Position numbers and translations under genes: made by a program. Shown here piece after piece: positions 1 through 13,971 of a stretch of 64,000 nucleotides of DNA; the stretch's first letter is position 1, and the number at the start of each line of letters is the position of its first letter. The notes under the pieces were generated by a model that was not told the DNA's origin, made no database searches, and worked only from the letters and a program-made list of their open reading frames with translations. The stretch comes from Paraspadella gotoi (lineage: Eukaryota; Animalia; Chaetognatha): the NCBI GenBank assembly GCA_051294375.1, contig CM119267.1, positions 4,823,340 to 4,887,339 of the forward strand, given 5' to 3'.

Positions 1-905
1 AACATTTTATCAAATTCATTAAATCTTGGAAAAAATTAAAAGATGATTTAGTTTTTCCTAAAAAAAAACTCGAAACTCGATTTTGTCATTAATGAAGAAG
101 AAAAAAAATGTTCCGAAATTAATTACCTTCGGAAAGCCTCGGCTCTCGATGGGTGATTAGTGATTAGTAGCGGACGTTAATTAAGACGCGACTACGACGG
201 TTTTCTTACGAGAGATTAAAACTCCGTGGTTTTCTTTTCTGATTAATAAAGTTCGTTCATTCGTTCCTTTTTTTCGTTCGTCAGTTCTTTCGTTCGTTCG
301 TTTGTCCGTTCGTCCGTTCGTCCGTTCTTTCTTTCTTGGTTATTACTTTGGTTGGTTGGTTTGATTGGATAGTTGGTCTATTGGTCGGTATCTCGCTTTG
401 GTTGATTGATTGGTTTCTTTCTTTTGTTAGCATTTCTGATGTGATCGTTCTAACTCGAGGCCGTGGCATCATTGGCAACTATTTGATGTTTCGGTCTCTC
501 TCTCTCTCTCCTCTCTTCCTTCTCTCTCTCCTGCTTCTTCTCTCTCCTCTCCTTCCTCTTTCTTCTCTCTTCTTTTTTTTCTTTTTTCTTTCTTTCTCTT
601 TTTTTCTTTTCTCTTTTTTTTTTCTTTTCTCTTCTTTTTTTTTCTTATTCTTTTTTTTCCTTTCTTTCTATATTTTTTTTTTTTTTTTATGTTCCTGGAT
701 ATTTATTGTGTTTTTTTCCTGTTGTTTCTCATATTTCTATCTGTCTTTTCTCGATCCTACATCTCTTTTGTTGTTATATTCGCTTCGTTCTTTCTTCTCT
801 TCTCTTTCTTGTTCTCTCTTTCTCTTTTTTCTTTCTTCTTTTTTTCTCTTTCTTCTCTTTCTTTTCTTTTTTGTTTGAGATCTTTTTTTTTCTTTTTTTT
901 TTTCT

Positions 906-938
<33 letters not shown>

Positions 939-1279
939 CTTTTTTTTTTCTTTTCTTATTCTTCTTTTCTTTTCTCTTGTCTTTGTCAATACGTTTTCGC
1001 GACTCTTACGTATTTTTGCGGCGCGGCACGGCCTGGGGAGAACACCACGCGAGGCCGCGCGCCCGCCATCGTGCGGGACGCGGGCCGCCGGGAGGCCCCC
1101 GCGGGCTGCCCGGGCCAGGTGCGTCACTCGTGGAGGAGGTGGGCCGGGCGGCGCCGCATGTGATGGCAGAGCAACTGTGCAACCGACTTTTTTCGGTCGG
1201 TCGGTCTGTCGGTCCCATTGTCTGTTCGTCAGTGTATTTAGCTTAAATTTTAAATGCTTAAAACTTCGGTGTAGTGAAT

Positions 1280-1490
1280 TCCTTTCCTCCACTTTTCTTC
1301 TTCTTCTCCTTTTCCCACATGATCATTTCTCTTGACCTTTCCCCCACTCGATTTTCCTCTTTTCTTTCCTTTCCTCCACTTTTCTTCTTCTTCTCTTTTT
1401 CCCCACATGATCTTTTCTCTTGACCTTTCCCCCACTCGTTTTCCTCTTTTCTTTCCTTTCCTCCACTTTTCTTCTTCTTCTCTTTTCCTT
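1280..1490. repeat. ~88-bp tandem repeat, ~2.4 copies
   Basis: TTTCCTCCACTTTTCTTCTTCTTCTC...CCCACATGATC.TTTCTCTTGACCTTTCCCC.ACTCG repeated. Confidence 0.8.
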
Positions 1491-2371
1491 CTTTCATCTT
1501 CTCCCGGTTTTTCACAGATAATCTCTCCTCCGTGATTTTAACGCCTCACTATAACCTCATCCCCTTCTCAGTTTTGGCTCCAACACAACGATCTTCCAAA
1601 AATTCCCCAAACCTCTTGACCGGCTCGACCCCTCTCTTTCCCTTTTATTTCATTTTCCATTTTCTCTTTTTGCTTTCACTTTTTTTTCCCATTTTTCTCT
1701 TTCCTTCCTCCTTCCTCCCGATTTGTTTCGCTTCTCTTTGTCTCTTTTCTCTTTCCTCCTTCTTTTTTCTTCTTTCTTTCTTCCTCTTCTTTTCCTGGCT
1801 TCTTTCCTCCTTTTCTCCAACCCTGTTATTGTTTTAAAAGTTTCCTTTCTTTCGTCTTTTCTTTCCTCGCTTCTTTATTCCCTCTTTTTTTTTCCTTCCT
1901 CGCTTCTTTCCTCTCTATATTTTCTTTCCTCTCCTTTCTTTCTTCTCTCCTTCTTTTCTTTTCCTTTTCCTTCTTTCTTTCTCCCTATTCTCCTTCCTCT
2001 CCCCTTAATTCCCCCTCTGCCTCTCTCCGCCTGATTCGAAGGAACTCGACCGCTTCCCATCGTCCGCTCGAAAACTCGGGATTGCGCCGGCGCCCGGCGT
2101 TCTCGTTTTCGCTTCTGACGGCCCGCGCGGGGGTGACTTGGCGCGTCGTCCGTCTTCGTTCGTCGTCGTGCTTTGCGTAGTCGTCTTTCATCGTCCGGCC
2201 GTTTAACGCCTTCTTTTTCGGGTTCGTGCCCGTACATCGTCGTCCGCCATCGTTCATTCCCCCACGATTCTTCCCGGCGCCAACTCAACGCCGTCTGCAC
2301 AAATTTTTTAAAAAACGGCCGCTGTTCCTTTTTCTCTCTCTCTTCTTTCTCTCTCCTCTTCTCTCTCTCTA

Positions 2372-2422
<51 letters not shown>

Positions 2423-2727
2423 TTTTTTTTAAGCTCGCCTTTTTCCAATATGGTATTCCAGTGAGATTCCACATTAAGCCCCACCGAATTCAACTTTCAG
2501 TTCCATGCGATTTATCTTCGCCGTCGGACGCCTCAGTGATTACATCGCCGTCATCCCTCGTTGTGTATGTTTGTCCATCCCCAACTTGGGCCTCGGTTTC
2601 AAACTTTGGACTTGCTTTTCATCCGACGCCTTTCCTTGATGGAAGTAGGTTCGAAAAAAGGTAAGGCCTTCCTTTTAATTGAATTTCGTCGTCGGGAGAT
2701 ATATAGTATTCTTTTATCTCTCTCTCT

Positions 2728-2771
<44 letters not shown>

Positions 2772-4088
2772 CTCTCTCTTCTCTCCTTCTCTCTCTCTCT
2801 CTCTCTCGTATTATACAAGAAACTCGAATGGTGGCCATGAAATATTCCGACCATGGCCGAACTATGCACGACATGTCCTGTCATGGTTGTCGTGATTTTT
2901 AGATTGTTCTTGGCTGCCGAAGAAAAAACAATGTATTCCTTTTAAACACACTTTGTTCAAAAAAAAAAAAAAAAAAAAATCCAAAACAAAAAATCTGTGA
3001 AACATGGTTCTTTGTTTCAAAACTCGAGGGAAAAACAAAATTTATTTTTTTTACAAAATATAACCGAAAATGACGCGAAAACGGTTTTCGTTATTTTTTT
3101 GTTAAGCTTTTTTGTCTTTTGATCTCTTTTACTCATTTGTTTTTTTTTCCCTTTTCCCTGTTATCAATCGAGGGAAAATGTCGCTCTCATTCGCATCCAT
3201 TAATAAATTTGGGTAAAATACGCTTCAGCGAATTTAACTTTACCCCGAAAATGTACGCAATTTTGGGCCGTCCTATTTTTTTTTTTCAATTTTTTTTTTT
3301 TTTTTTTCCGTCTTTGTTAAACGTTTTGCTAACCGTACTACAGGATTTGTCTCTTTACTTTGTTTCTGACTATGAGGATTTCCCTTTACTTTCTATAGAA
3401 ATTTGCTCTTATGTCCGCTTGCACCGCACGTAGATCCTTCACGCGGTGTGCATGCAGCTTTAAGCAACAAAATAGCAAATTTGTTTTTTGCCTGTTTTGG
3501 AGTCTTAATAAAACAAGATGGCTCCACCAACAAACAAAGAGGCATTGATTTTTGCCTTGAAACAAAAAGGAGTAAAACAAGTCGCGGCATTTACATCTTC
3601 GTTTGTATTTTTACCNNNNNNNNNNNNNNNNNNNNNNNNNGTTTTCAAAACTCGAAACAATTTACATAATTAAACCGAACAATGGACGCGAAACGGTTTC
3701 GTTTATTTTTGTTCTTTTTGTTCTTTGGTTTCTTTTACTCTTTTTGTTTTTTTCCCTTTTCCCTGTTATCAATCCGAGGAAATGTCGCTCTCAGTCGCAT
3801 CCATTATATTTTTCTCATTTGGTTGTGACGTCGGAGGTCGACCCGATCGACAAAAATGGATTTGTGGGGGAGGGAGGGGGGGGTGATCGTTGATCAATGT
3901 GACCATTGTGTCATGGGAGAAGGGAAATTGCGACGTGGAAAATTAATATTGGCTCAACTCTGGTAAGTATTTTTGCTTGACCATTAAGGCGGAACAGGTT
4001 ACAAACTAATAGAAGTCCGGTATAAATATGGTTAATGTGTTTATTAAAGAAATTTAAAAAAGAATTAAGATTTATCTTATAGTTAAAC

Positions 4089-4470
4089 GCATGGAAGCTA
4101 TTTTATATTATTCAATTACTATAAAATGTCAAAATATTTTTTAATAAATTTTAATTTTTTTTAACGGATTCTGATAGAGCTTGAAAAGTTAGATGAAGGT
4201 TTTTATTAGAACTTTTTGAAATTTTAATGATTTATCTATGAAAATTAACAAAAACTTTAAAATGTAATGAATGATGATGATGATGATGATTTTTTAAGGT
4301 TTTTTTCAAATTTTTACCCATTTATCATTAAATTTTTTTAAATTTGTAGTACTAACCTTTATCTAATTTTTTAATCTTTATCAGAATCTAATTTTAAAAA
4401 TTAAAATTTCCTAAAAAAATTTTAAGCATTTTTTAATGTTTTATTGTTAATTATTAAAATGTTTCCATGC
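4089..4470. mobile_element. AT-rich fold-back (palindromic MITE-like) element
   Basis: Arms of ~180 bp are reverse complements (GCATGGAA/TTCCATGC; GATTCTGATA/TATCAGAATC; TTAGATGAAGGT/ACCTTTATCTAA) around a (GAT)n spacer at 4265-4290. Confidence 0.65.
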
Positions 4471-6042
4471 ATGAGAAAAATTAATTTAATCAAAATCTAA
4501 CATCAAAAGTCAATTTGGTTGTAAAAGGATAAAAGACTTTTTATTGCAGACTTTTTTATATTGTAAAAAATGTTAAATTCTGGCCCGCCTTATTGACCAA
4601 TGTCCATGTCTTCCCGATTCTTTCGATTGTTTCAGAATATCTCATCTTTTTAACCTTAGTTTTGAGAAACTGGTCATTAGCAACAAAAAAACCAATTTAG
4701 TACGGCCGTCAGGAACTAAAGCTTGAAGCTTTTTCCAGGTCTCGAAATAATTTTGAAATTCGTAGGCGGACTAGACCGACGTAGAACAGTGAACGTATCA
4801 AGACGCAAATAAAAACGGGCGGGGTAAATACCCGAAAAAGAATAGTTTTATGCGTTTACACGGGGATGGAAATTCGCGAATTAAGCGTTATCTTTTCTGT
4901 TCCGTTTTATTAATTCTCGCCTGAACAATTTTGTTCTGCATGACGGCGCCGCGATAATTCAAGCACGATAAAAAGACCTTTCATAAGTCATGTTATACAG
5001 CGCCGCGGAATAAGAACATTCATGGATATGTCTCACGGTAATGGCCCGCACGAAATAATGCAGATAAGGTGCTTCTATTGAAGAAAATTCTTGACAGAAT
5101 TTAACGATTTTTACATTACTAATATTTTTTTTTTTAATTTATTAAGTTTTTGTATGTGTGAGTGATGTCGTAGTATTTGATTTGGATTTTTAAGTTCCTT
5201 CTTTGTACCCAAACGTAAATGATGTTAGGAGTTCTCGCCCTAGAAAGCAAGATGCAGCATTTCTGGAGTGACTCTGGTTTGAACCGCGATGCCAGCCCTA
5301 ATACCTGCAAAAGATTGCTAAACCTTGTGGCAGCATCAAGACACGAGCATCCTCCTCTTCATCTTCTTTTCTTTTCTCTCTCTCCTCTCTCTCCTCGATT
5401 CACCCTCTCTCTCATAGCCGCATCATCTGGCTTCATCCTTCTCTATCTATTCCTTTTCTTTCTTACCATAGCAATGACTTGATTTTTGAATGAAAGGTTT
5501 AAATAGAAATTAAACCATTCTCGATATTTTGTATAGATTATTTAATAAAAGCCTTAGTAATTAGTAATAATTCTTTTTAAAAAAAATTACAGGAAAAAAA
5601 ATATAGAAAAAAAGAAATCCTGAAAAAAAAATTCTGAAAAATTTAAAAAAAAACGGTAAAGAAGATTTCGAAATCTTTGTTTACTCGATTGCGAAAAGAT
5701 TTACCGCCGTTTATGCGTGATGAGGAGGCTACATCTCACGCTCGACCTGGCGTGTCGTAGAAAAATTTCTTCAGAGACAATTAAAAATAAAATAATGTTA
5801 AAACAAGAAAACTAATCTCGAATTATACAAAAACGCAAAAAAGCCGGTGGGGCGTGTCGATCCGACAAAAAGAGACAAAGAGCAATCCGCGTTCTTGCGT
5901 CACTCAACAGCACGGATCGTAATGTCGACAAACGACACGACAGGGGGTTTGACACGAAGTATCGCGCTGAGAGACGAACTGCGCGCTTCGTCGCCCCAAA
6001 TCCAAATATTTGTTTTCTTTTTTTTTTTTTCTCGATGTTTTG

Positions 6043-6335
6043 TTTTTAGTGTGCGCTGCGAGTACTTGCTGAGAAAATTCTATCAGTCACTTATCGGTCG
6101 GTCTATCGGTCAGTCGGTATGTCTGTCCGTCGGTCCTGACCCACTTACGTTAAAATGCTCATAAAACATACTCACAAATAGTTGGTCGGCGATCATGGNN
6201 NNNNNNNNNNNNNNNNNNNNNNNGTTAAAGATGCTCATAAACATAACTCACAAATAGTTGGTCGCTCATTTGTTAAAACAGAAGAAAACCCCCAAATCTA
6301 AGCGACTACTTTTCTAGCGACTACTAGCGCCGCTT
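6043..6335 (+). mobile_element. DINE-1/HINE-like element, interrupted by a 25-N gap
   Basis: TTTTTAGTGTGCGCTGCGAGTACTTGC...(GGTC)n...CCCACTTACGTTAAAATGCTCATAA...CAAATCTAA; aligns to the reverse complement of 42595-42776. Confidence 0.6.
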
Positions 6336-6567
6336 TTCGTTTTTTAAAGAAATCTCATATACACTATAAAAAAATAAAAGACGTTTTTCCAATGCATTAC
6401 GTTTCTAAAATACACGGAAATACAAGGGATAACAAAGTCACTCCGGCGAAACACAACATTTGAATTTCCGTTCCTGTTTTGAAAGGTTTCGCGCGTTTTT
6501 ATTTAGACACGACAGGCTCAATAACAAAGGAGGAGAAGAACTAAAAAAAAAGATGACAAAAAAACAA

Positions 6568-6640
6568 GTCACGGTGTAGTGGGCACACTCGTCTCCGTCG
6601 AGACCCGAAAGTCTGGGGTTCCAGACCCCGTCGTAGCGGG
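6568..6640 (+). repeat. Degenerate tRNA-derived (SINE-head-like) sequence
   Basis: A-box-like GGTGTAGTGG and B-box-like GGGGTTCCAGACCCC at tRNA-like spacing; no valid cloverleaf. A second relic lies at ~6780-6830. Confidence 0.35.
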
Positions 6641-7025
6641 TCTTCATTACGCATTATGGACGGGTTAACTTTCCGAAAGTACGGAAGATACACGCCACAT
6701 CCAAATCAACTGAGGACAAAATATCTTCGATCCACAAGGCACATTGGTCATCTGTTAAAGGTTCTATCTTCAACCAGTTATAGCTTTTTAGTTGTTAAGG
6801 GTCCAAAAGGTGACGCGTTCGATCCTGTGTCGTCATTGTTGACACTTGACAGAATAGCATGATCGAATCTCAGGCAAAAAGGGGAATTGTCTTCTATTCA
6901 CCTTTTTTTCGTATTTTTTTTTTAAAGAAAAAAAATATTATTTTCTAGATGTTCGCCATAAAAATTTTATAGTCGGTAATCGACCGTTTCTCATTTCGTC
7001 GGTTCACGTNNNNNNNNNNNNNNTT

Positions 7026-7162
7026 CATTTTCCTTCGGTCCGCCCGACAGCCATTTTCTTTCAGTCTGCCCAACCATCATTTTCCTTGGGTCCACCTGAC
7101 CGCCATTTACCTTCGGTTCGCCTAACCGACATTTTCCTTCGGTTCGCCCGACCGCCATTTTC
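7026..7162. repeat. 26-bp minisatellite, ~5 copies
   Basis: Unit CATTTTCCTTCGGTCCGCCCGACCGC, adjacent to an N gap. Confidence 0.85.
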
Positions 7163-8761
7163 TGAAATTCTCTCGTTTATTGTTTCCCTTCGAATTCGAA
7201 GTTGAACGAAAACAGATTTTTATTCGATGGAGCTCCTACGTTTTTTAGTATGGAGTATTAGAACATTATACAAATGCTGAAATATAACTTTTAATGATTA
7301 CACGAGAAGGGATGGTTGAAAAAATTTTTAGACTGAGACTAATGTTTGATCAGCTTCATTTACTATATAAGACAATCTTTATCTTTTAAAATATTTTAAA
7401 TAATGAAATTTACAATTGTAGATTTTACTAAATGTTTAATTGTTTGCTAGTTTTAGTATAAAACATTTATTTAATAAATCTATTTAAAAATGTATTAACT
7501 TGCTTTTTATATATAAATATAAACTAATATTTTGTATTATTTTATTATATTTAAACAAATAATTATTCTTTGCAACAAGAGCCCCTGGGTTTAGCCGAGG
7601 TGTTTCGCAGAGACGAAGCAATTTCCTTTTCTGGAATCGAATATCGAGAAGAAAAAAAAATAAGAAAAATCCCGAGTTTTGTTTTTCTTCGACGCGAAAA
7701 GGGAAAAAAGATCCCAACCGGACGTGAGAGAAATTTGGGAGGCGAATGGCGAAACTCACTGGTGAGACTAACAGTGATTGGCCGAGACTCCTTTGCTAAT
7801 CTCTTTGGGTCCAGCGTGATTGGATCGAATTATTGGGGGAGGAGTTTGTGACCTGAGATGTTGTGACGTTTGGAATTTGGGCCATTTAGGATTCGAATCG
7901 CGAACGATTCTATCGCCGGTGAATTGGGAGATCACAGCTTGGCAAATTGCTTGGTCGGTGAACGGAGTCGCGGAATGGAGATTGATCGGTATTTCGAGAG
8001 AGTTCGCCCTCCGGCCCGCCACCTCCTCTATTTGCTCTCCCTCTCTTTCGTCCCATTAGATTACGATTGTTAAGACGTCAAGAAATAACGAGAAATAAGC
8101 GAAACGTTTTCGCTCAAGGTGACGATGTCGACGACGACGATGAGAACGACGATGACCGCATTGAAGAAGACTAAGTCGACCTGATGAATGATATAACGTG
8201 TGACATGATCGTGGTATCTTGTGACGAGCAATGACATTGTAAATTTAATCAGTACAAGCGCGTCTAAGATAGAGAAGTTCATCAAACTGGTACCACAAAT
8301 ATAAAAAAATCATCCATTCATTCTAGCAATGGAGAGGTTATAGTGGGTTCAGGCTTCCAACCCTCTTACAAGAAAAGCCTTAAATCAAGACTCTCTCACA
8401 GTCTAGTAATAATATAACTAACAGTCTAGTAATAACAGTCTAGTATTAATATAACTCACAGAGGTATTCTAATATTTTTTTTATTGTTATCGAAATGGCA
8501 CAACAATTTTTTTTAAAAAAATTTTGAATTCAATCATATCATGCAAAATAAAATGTATCAAAGGGGAAGAAAGCAAAAGAGCAACGAATATCACGATGAT
8601 GCTAAAGACGATGGCCACAAAAACGATTACGAGAAAAACAGAAATTGAACGGAGATGACGTCACAAGTACAACGATGACGACGACGACAACGACGAGTAG
8701 CGCCGACCATCGATAGGAGATCGAATGAGAGAGAGAGAGAGAGAGAGAGATGGAAGAGGAC

Positions 8762-8793
<32 letters not shown>

Positions 8794-9275
8794 ATAAATG
8801 GAAAGAAGTAAAATCGAAAACTGGGACACAAAACCGAAAACCAGGTCGAAGTAAAAATTAGGGAAGAGAGTCTAAGAAGGAAAAGATAGAAGGGCCTCGG
8901 GCGTAAGAGGATTTGAACGAAGATGGCCGATCGACCACCAACGCGGAATAGCGTCGCGAAAAACGGCGAAAGGCTAATGGCATTAACGAGTGGCAACCGC
9001 TAATGGCAAAAACCGGCTCGCGACTTGAATTAGTGCGAACTTGAAGCGGAAGCTGTTGTCTTTGGTTGTCTCGAGGAATTTCCCTTCAAGAGGAGGCCAA
9101 TGGCAAGCGAATGGGGTTGAATGGCATGGGCCACTGGCGTCGGCGACTGGCAGAGGAAATGGCACGGGCGAGCGGCACTCGCGCGACCTTCGTGACCGAT
9201 ACGACACCGCGACGTAAACTCGCGAAGCCATCGGCTAATGGGATTGTGACGACGTTTGACGCTTGGTTGGTGGGG

Positions 9276-9277
<2 letters not shown>

Positions 9278-9313
<36 letters not shown>

Positions 9314-10245
9314 ATGATGATGATGATGACGACGACGACGACGCAGAAAGATGATTGTCATGATGATGATGATGACAATGCTGATGATTATGATGATAAC
9401 GACGATGATGATGATGATGATGACAACGGGGATGATGACGATGGTGATTATGATGATGATGATGATAATGATGATGATGATGATAACGACGATGATGATG
9501 ATGACGATGGTGATAATGATGATGATGATAACGACGACGATGATGATGATGATGACAATGGTGATAATGATGATGATGATGATTATGATGATGATGACGA
9601 GCTACGATAACGAAGACGATAATGACGACACCGATAGCGAGGCTGATGATGATGATGACGATGATGACTATGATATCAACGACGCTGACGACGTCGATGA
9701 TCGTGACGAAGAGGATGAGAAGGACGATATTGATGACGACGATCATGACGACGACGACGACGACGACCATCTCCCGACTTCCTCCGACCGAAACTTGTGG
9801 AATAAAAAAATTACGAGCGAAAGTCGCAAGCTCGCCGCCCGAAGCCACAAAGGATGTCATTCAGTAACATTTACAACATCAACAACTACAACATTAACAA
9901 CAACACCGTAAACAACATCATCAAAAACAACAAAATTAACAACAACGTACTTAACAATAACATCATCGACAACACAACAAAAATAATATTGTCAATAACA
10001 ATGACATTATATTCGACATCATCATCAACAATACCCACATCGTCCATAATATCAACAATCAACAACAACTACGACATTTTCAACAACAGTAACAAAAAAT
10101 AAACAATAACATAATCAAAAACCGAACAATAACATCATCATCAACAAAAACAACGACAAAATCAACAACAACAACATTAAAATCAACATAATCATCAGCA
10201 ACACCAACTCCATCAATAATATCAACAATCAACAACAATAACAAC
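9278..10245. repeat. Degenerate (GAT/GAC)n tract followed by (CAA/CAT)n tract
   Basis: GAY-rich 9278-9770, AAC/ATC-rich 9865-10245. Confidence 0.85.
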
Positions 10246-10345
10246 AAAAACCGTCCCTCAGCCTTTTGGTAAAGAGCGTCAAAGCCTTTGACTCGCCTCG
10301 TGGCGCGAATGGAATCAAGAATGACAGGGGGACAGAGGGACAACG

Positions 10346-10383
<38 letters not shown>

Positions 10384-10490
10384 AACATCAAAGACGACGA
10401 CTCTGGATCCCGCGGGTTTTCTCTAGACGACGAGAATATTTCAACGTTGATTAAAGGAAACTTTTCGATTTTCGATTCTCGGTCTGTCTA

Positions 10491-10563
<73 letters not shown>

Positions 10564-11765
10564 TTCTTTTCTTTTCTCTTCTTTTTTTATTTTTCTTTTC
10601 TTTTTTTTTTTATTTATTTCTTTTTTTCTGTCTTATTTTTTTTTCAGTAAAAAAATTTAATTTGAAGTTATACGAAATACATACTTCAAGATATCTAAAC
10701 AAAAATACATATAAATGAAAAAGAAAGAGCGATAAAAAAAAAATACCGTTGTCAAGGCAACTGGCTTTAAAACGTAAACAAGTTACAAATTAAACACGGA
10801 AAAGGAAAAAATCAAATTCTGGCGATTTTTCGGTTGAACGACGCCTCCGCTGCCGCTGCCGCTGCCGTCGCCGCCGCCGCCGCCGCCGCCACCGCCGCAT
10901 CAGACGCCGTCTCCGCCGCAGCCGACAGCAACAAATGGTTTCGTCCAAAAATAACCAACGGCGACTGAATCGAAAATCGACAAGTGGTCGTCGTCGTCGT
11001 CGTCTTTATCGTCATTGTTGTCGTCTTCATCGTCATTGTCGTCGTCGTCACTATCGTCGTCCATCGTAGTCACTGTCTCGTCTTCGGTCGTCATGTTCGT
11101 CGTGTTTTTGGATTGAGGATTGATGGATTCGAGTTGGAGGTCGCTTTTTGTGGGGGATGGAGGGAGAGGAGGGGGAGGCGGTAGGAGGGAGAGAAAGGGG
11201 AGGTGGAGAGAGAAGAGAGGGAAGGTGGAGGAGAGAGAGAGGAGGAGGAGGTGGAGGAGGAAGAGGGAGTGGAGGGGGAAAGTGTAGGAGAGGGGAAGGA
11301 GGGGTTACGGAAATCCATGGGTTGTTTCGTCCGTCGGTCGATTGCTTAGAGATCGGAATTCGATTTTGCCGAGAAAAAAACAAACAAACTCATTAAAACA
11401 AACCAACTGAAAATACTTTAAACTTTTGAGTCATACAGTAAAATATTTTTTATTGTACATAATGTTTTTCTTTGGAAAATGTAATCTTTTTTTTGTTTTG
11501 TTTTCGACGAATGTTAACGTTTTAATCTTTGATGTATGATTTTTCTCTTATATAATTAATTTACGCCTCGAGTTCTTCCGAACCAAAGTTTCTTCTCTGC
11601 AGTCGTTTTGCTTCATTGTCGTTGTTGTTCAACGTTACGAACGAGACGCGAGGTTATTTAACGTTACTTAGCAACGGGAAAGGAAACGCAATCCTCGGGG
11701 CGAAACTTTACGAAGTGATTACGAGTTGGAAATGGAAAGGGAAAGAAGAATGGCGTGGCGAGAAA

Positions 11766-13873
11766 NNNNNNNNNNNNNNNNNNNNNNNNNNNNNNNNNNN
11801 NNNNNNNNNNNNNNNNNNNNNNNNNNNNNNNNNNNNNNNNNNNNNNNNNNNNNNNNNNNNNNNNNNNNNNNNNNNNNNNNNNNNNNNNNNNNNNNNNNNN
11901 NNNNNNNNNNNNNNNNNNNNNNNNNNNNNNNNNNNNNNNNNNNNNNNNNNNNNNNNNNNNNNNNNNNNNNNNNNNNNNNNNNNNNNNNNNNNNNNNNNNN
12001 NNNNNNNNNNNNNNNNNNNNNNNNNNNNNNNNNNNNNNNNNNNNNNNNNNNNNNNNNNNNNNNNNNNNNNNNNNNNNNNNNNNNNNNNNNNNNNNNNNNN
12101 NNNNNNNNNNNNNNNNNNNNNNNNNNNNNNNNNNNNNNNNNNNNNNNNNNNNNNNNNNNNNNNNNNNNNNNNNNNNNNNNNNNNNNNNNNNNNNNNNNNN
12201 NNNNNNNNNNNNNNNNNNNNNNNNNNNNNNNNNNNNNNNNNNNNNNNNNNNNNNNNNNNNNNNNNNNNNNNNNNNNNNNNNNNNNNNNNNNNNNNNNNNN
12301 NNAAGAAATCATAGAAACATTTAGCCACTGACAGACAATGACGAAAAGTCGGAGAGGGAAATGAGGAAAAGTCACCGAGACCCAGTTCGCTTTCAAACAT
12401 GACATTCCGAGACTTTAACGGCGAAATTAAACAAGATTAAACAATATTTATTTCGTTTAAAATCACATTTTAAATGTTTTATTTTTTCCTTCCCGCACGA
12501 ATCGTGGGCGTCAAACGTCGAGTGTCGCGCATGCGCGTCTGTGAGCGTCAACATCGGAGTCTGATTAGCAGAAGAAGCAGAAAAAAATGGGTGGGGGGAG
12601 GAAAAAGGGGAAAAAAAGAGNNNNNNNNNNNNNNNNNNNNNNNNNNNNNNNNNNNNNNNNNNNNNNNNNNNNNNNNNNNNNNNNNNNNNNNNNNNNNNNN
12701 NNNNNNNNNNNNNNNNNNNNNNNNNNNNNNNNNNNNNNNNNNNNNNNNNNNNNNNNNNNNNNNNNNNNNNNNNNNNNNNNNNNNNNNNNNNNNNNNNNNN
12801 NNNNNNNNNNNNNNNNNNNNNNNNNNNNNNNNNNNNNNNNNNNNNNNNNNNNNNNNNNNNNNNNNNNNNNNNNNNNNNNNNNNNNNNNNNNNNNNNNNNN
12901 NNNNNNNNNNNNNNNNNNNNNNNNNNNNNNNNNNNNNNNNNNNNNNNNNNNNNNNNNNNNNNNNNTTTTACCTTCTCCTTCCTTATTTGTTTTTGTATTT
13001 CCATTTATTTCTTTCCATAAACGATATTATCTGCAAACGTCATTTTTATAAAACTCTGGCGTCGAAGCAGCCTTTTCAATCATCTTTTTTTTTTTTTGAT
13101 TTTCCAGTCGTTAGAAATTCTCTTTGTTCTCATTATTTCCTGTCATCATAATTTTTTTTTCTTTCTTCATCCGATCAAATTTCTCTTCTTTCTTCCACCT
13201 TCTCTTTCTTNNNNNNNNNNNNNNNNNNNNNNNNNNNNNNNNNNNNNNNNNNNNNNNNNNNNNNNNNNNNNNNNNNNNNNNNNNNNNNNNNNNNNNNNNN
13301 NNNNNNNNNNNNNNNNNNNNNNNNNNNNNNNNNNNNNNNNNNNNNNNNNNNNNNNNNNNNNNNNNNNNNNNNNNNNNNNNNNNNNNNNNNNNNNNNNNNN
13401 NNNNNNNNNNNNNNNNNNNNNNNNNNNNNNNNNNNNNNNNNNNNNNNNNNNNNNNNNNNNNNNNNNNNNNNNNNNNNNNNNNNNNNNNNNNNNNNNNNNN
13501 NNNNNNNNNNNNNNNNNNNNNNNNNNNNNNNNNNNNNNNNNNNNNNNNNNNNNNNNNNNNNNNNNNNNNNNNNNNNNNNNNNNNNNNNNNNNNNNNNNNN
13601 NNNNNNNNNNNNNNNNNNNNNNNNNNNNNNNNNNNNNNNNNNNNNNNNNNNNNNNNNNNNNNNNNNNNNNNNNNNNNNNNNNNNNNNNNNNNNNNNNNNN
13701 NNNNNNNNNNNNNNNNNNNNNNNNNNNNNNNNNNNNNNNNNNNNNNNNNNNNNNNNNNNNNNNNNNNNNNNNNNNNNNNNNNNNNNNNNNNNNNNNNNNN
13801 NNNNNNNNNNNNNNNNNNNNNNNNNNNNNNNNNNNNNNNNNNNNNNNNNNNNNNNNNNNNNNNNNNNNNNNNN
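11766..13873. other. Assembly gaps (11766-12302, 12621-12965, 13211-13873; others at 3616-3640, 6199-6223, 7010-7023, 17476-17844)
   Basis: Runs of N. Confidence 0.99.
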
Positions 13874-13938
13874 CAGTGGTCAGAGAATTAACAACAAATC
13901 AACAACAACAACAACAAAAACATTTTCAGCTTTTGTTT

Positions 13939-13971
<33 letters not shown>

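Noticed and set aside
336-2034. Long Phe/Ser/Leu- and Lys/Arg/Glu-rich ORFs, here and throughout the ORF track
   Set aside because: Translations of stop-poor (CT)n, poly-T and (GA)n low-complexity DNA; no domain or splice support.
3015-3806. ~190-bp duplication (about 3015-3203 and 3643-3806), plus a small one flanking the 6199 gap
   Set aside because: The copies differ mainly by indels and abut 25-N gaps; probably redundant contig ends or haplotypes rather than a biological repeat.
6568-6640. Functional tRNA gene
   Set aside because: Boxes are degenerate and the acceptor stem does not pair; at most a SINE relic.
7026-7162. CRISPR-like repeat array
   Set aside because: Contiguous 26-bp units with no spacers, in a eukaryotic context; a minisatellite.
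9086-9860. His-rich (minus) and Met-rich (plus) proteins
   Set aside because: Alternative frames of the (GAT)n microsatellite.
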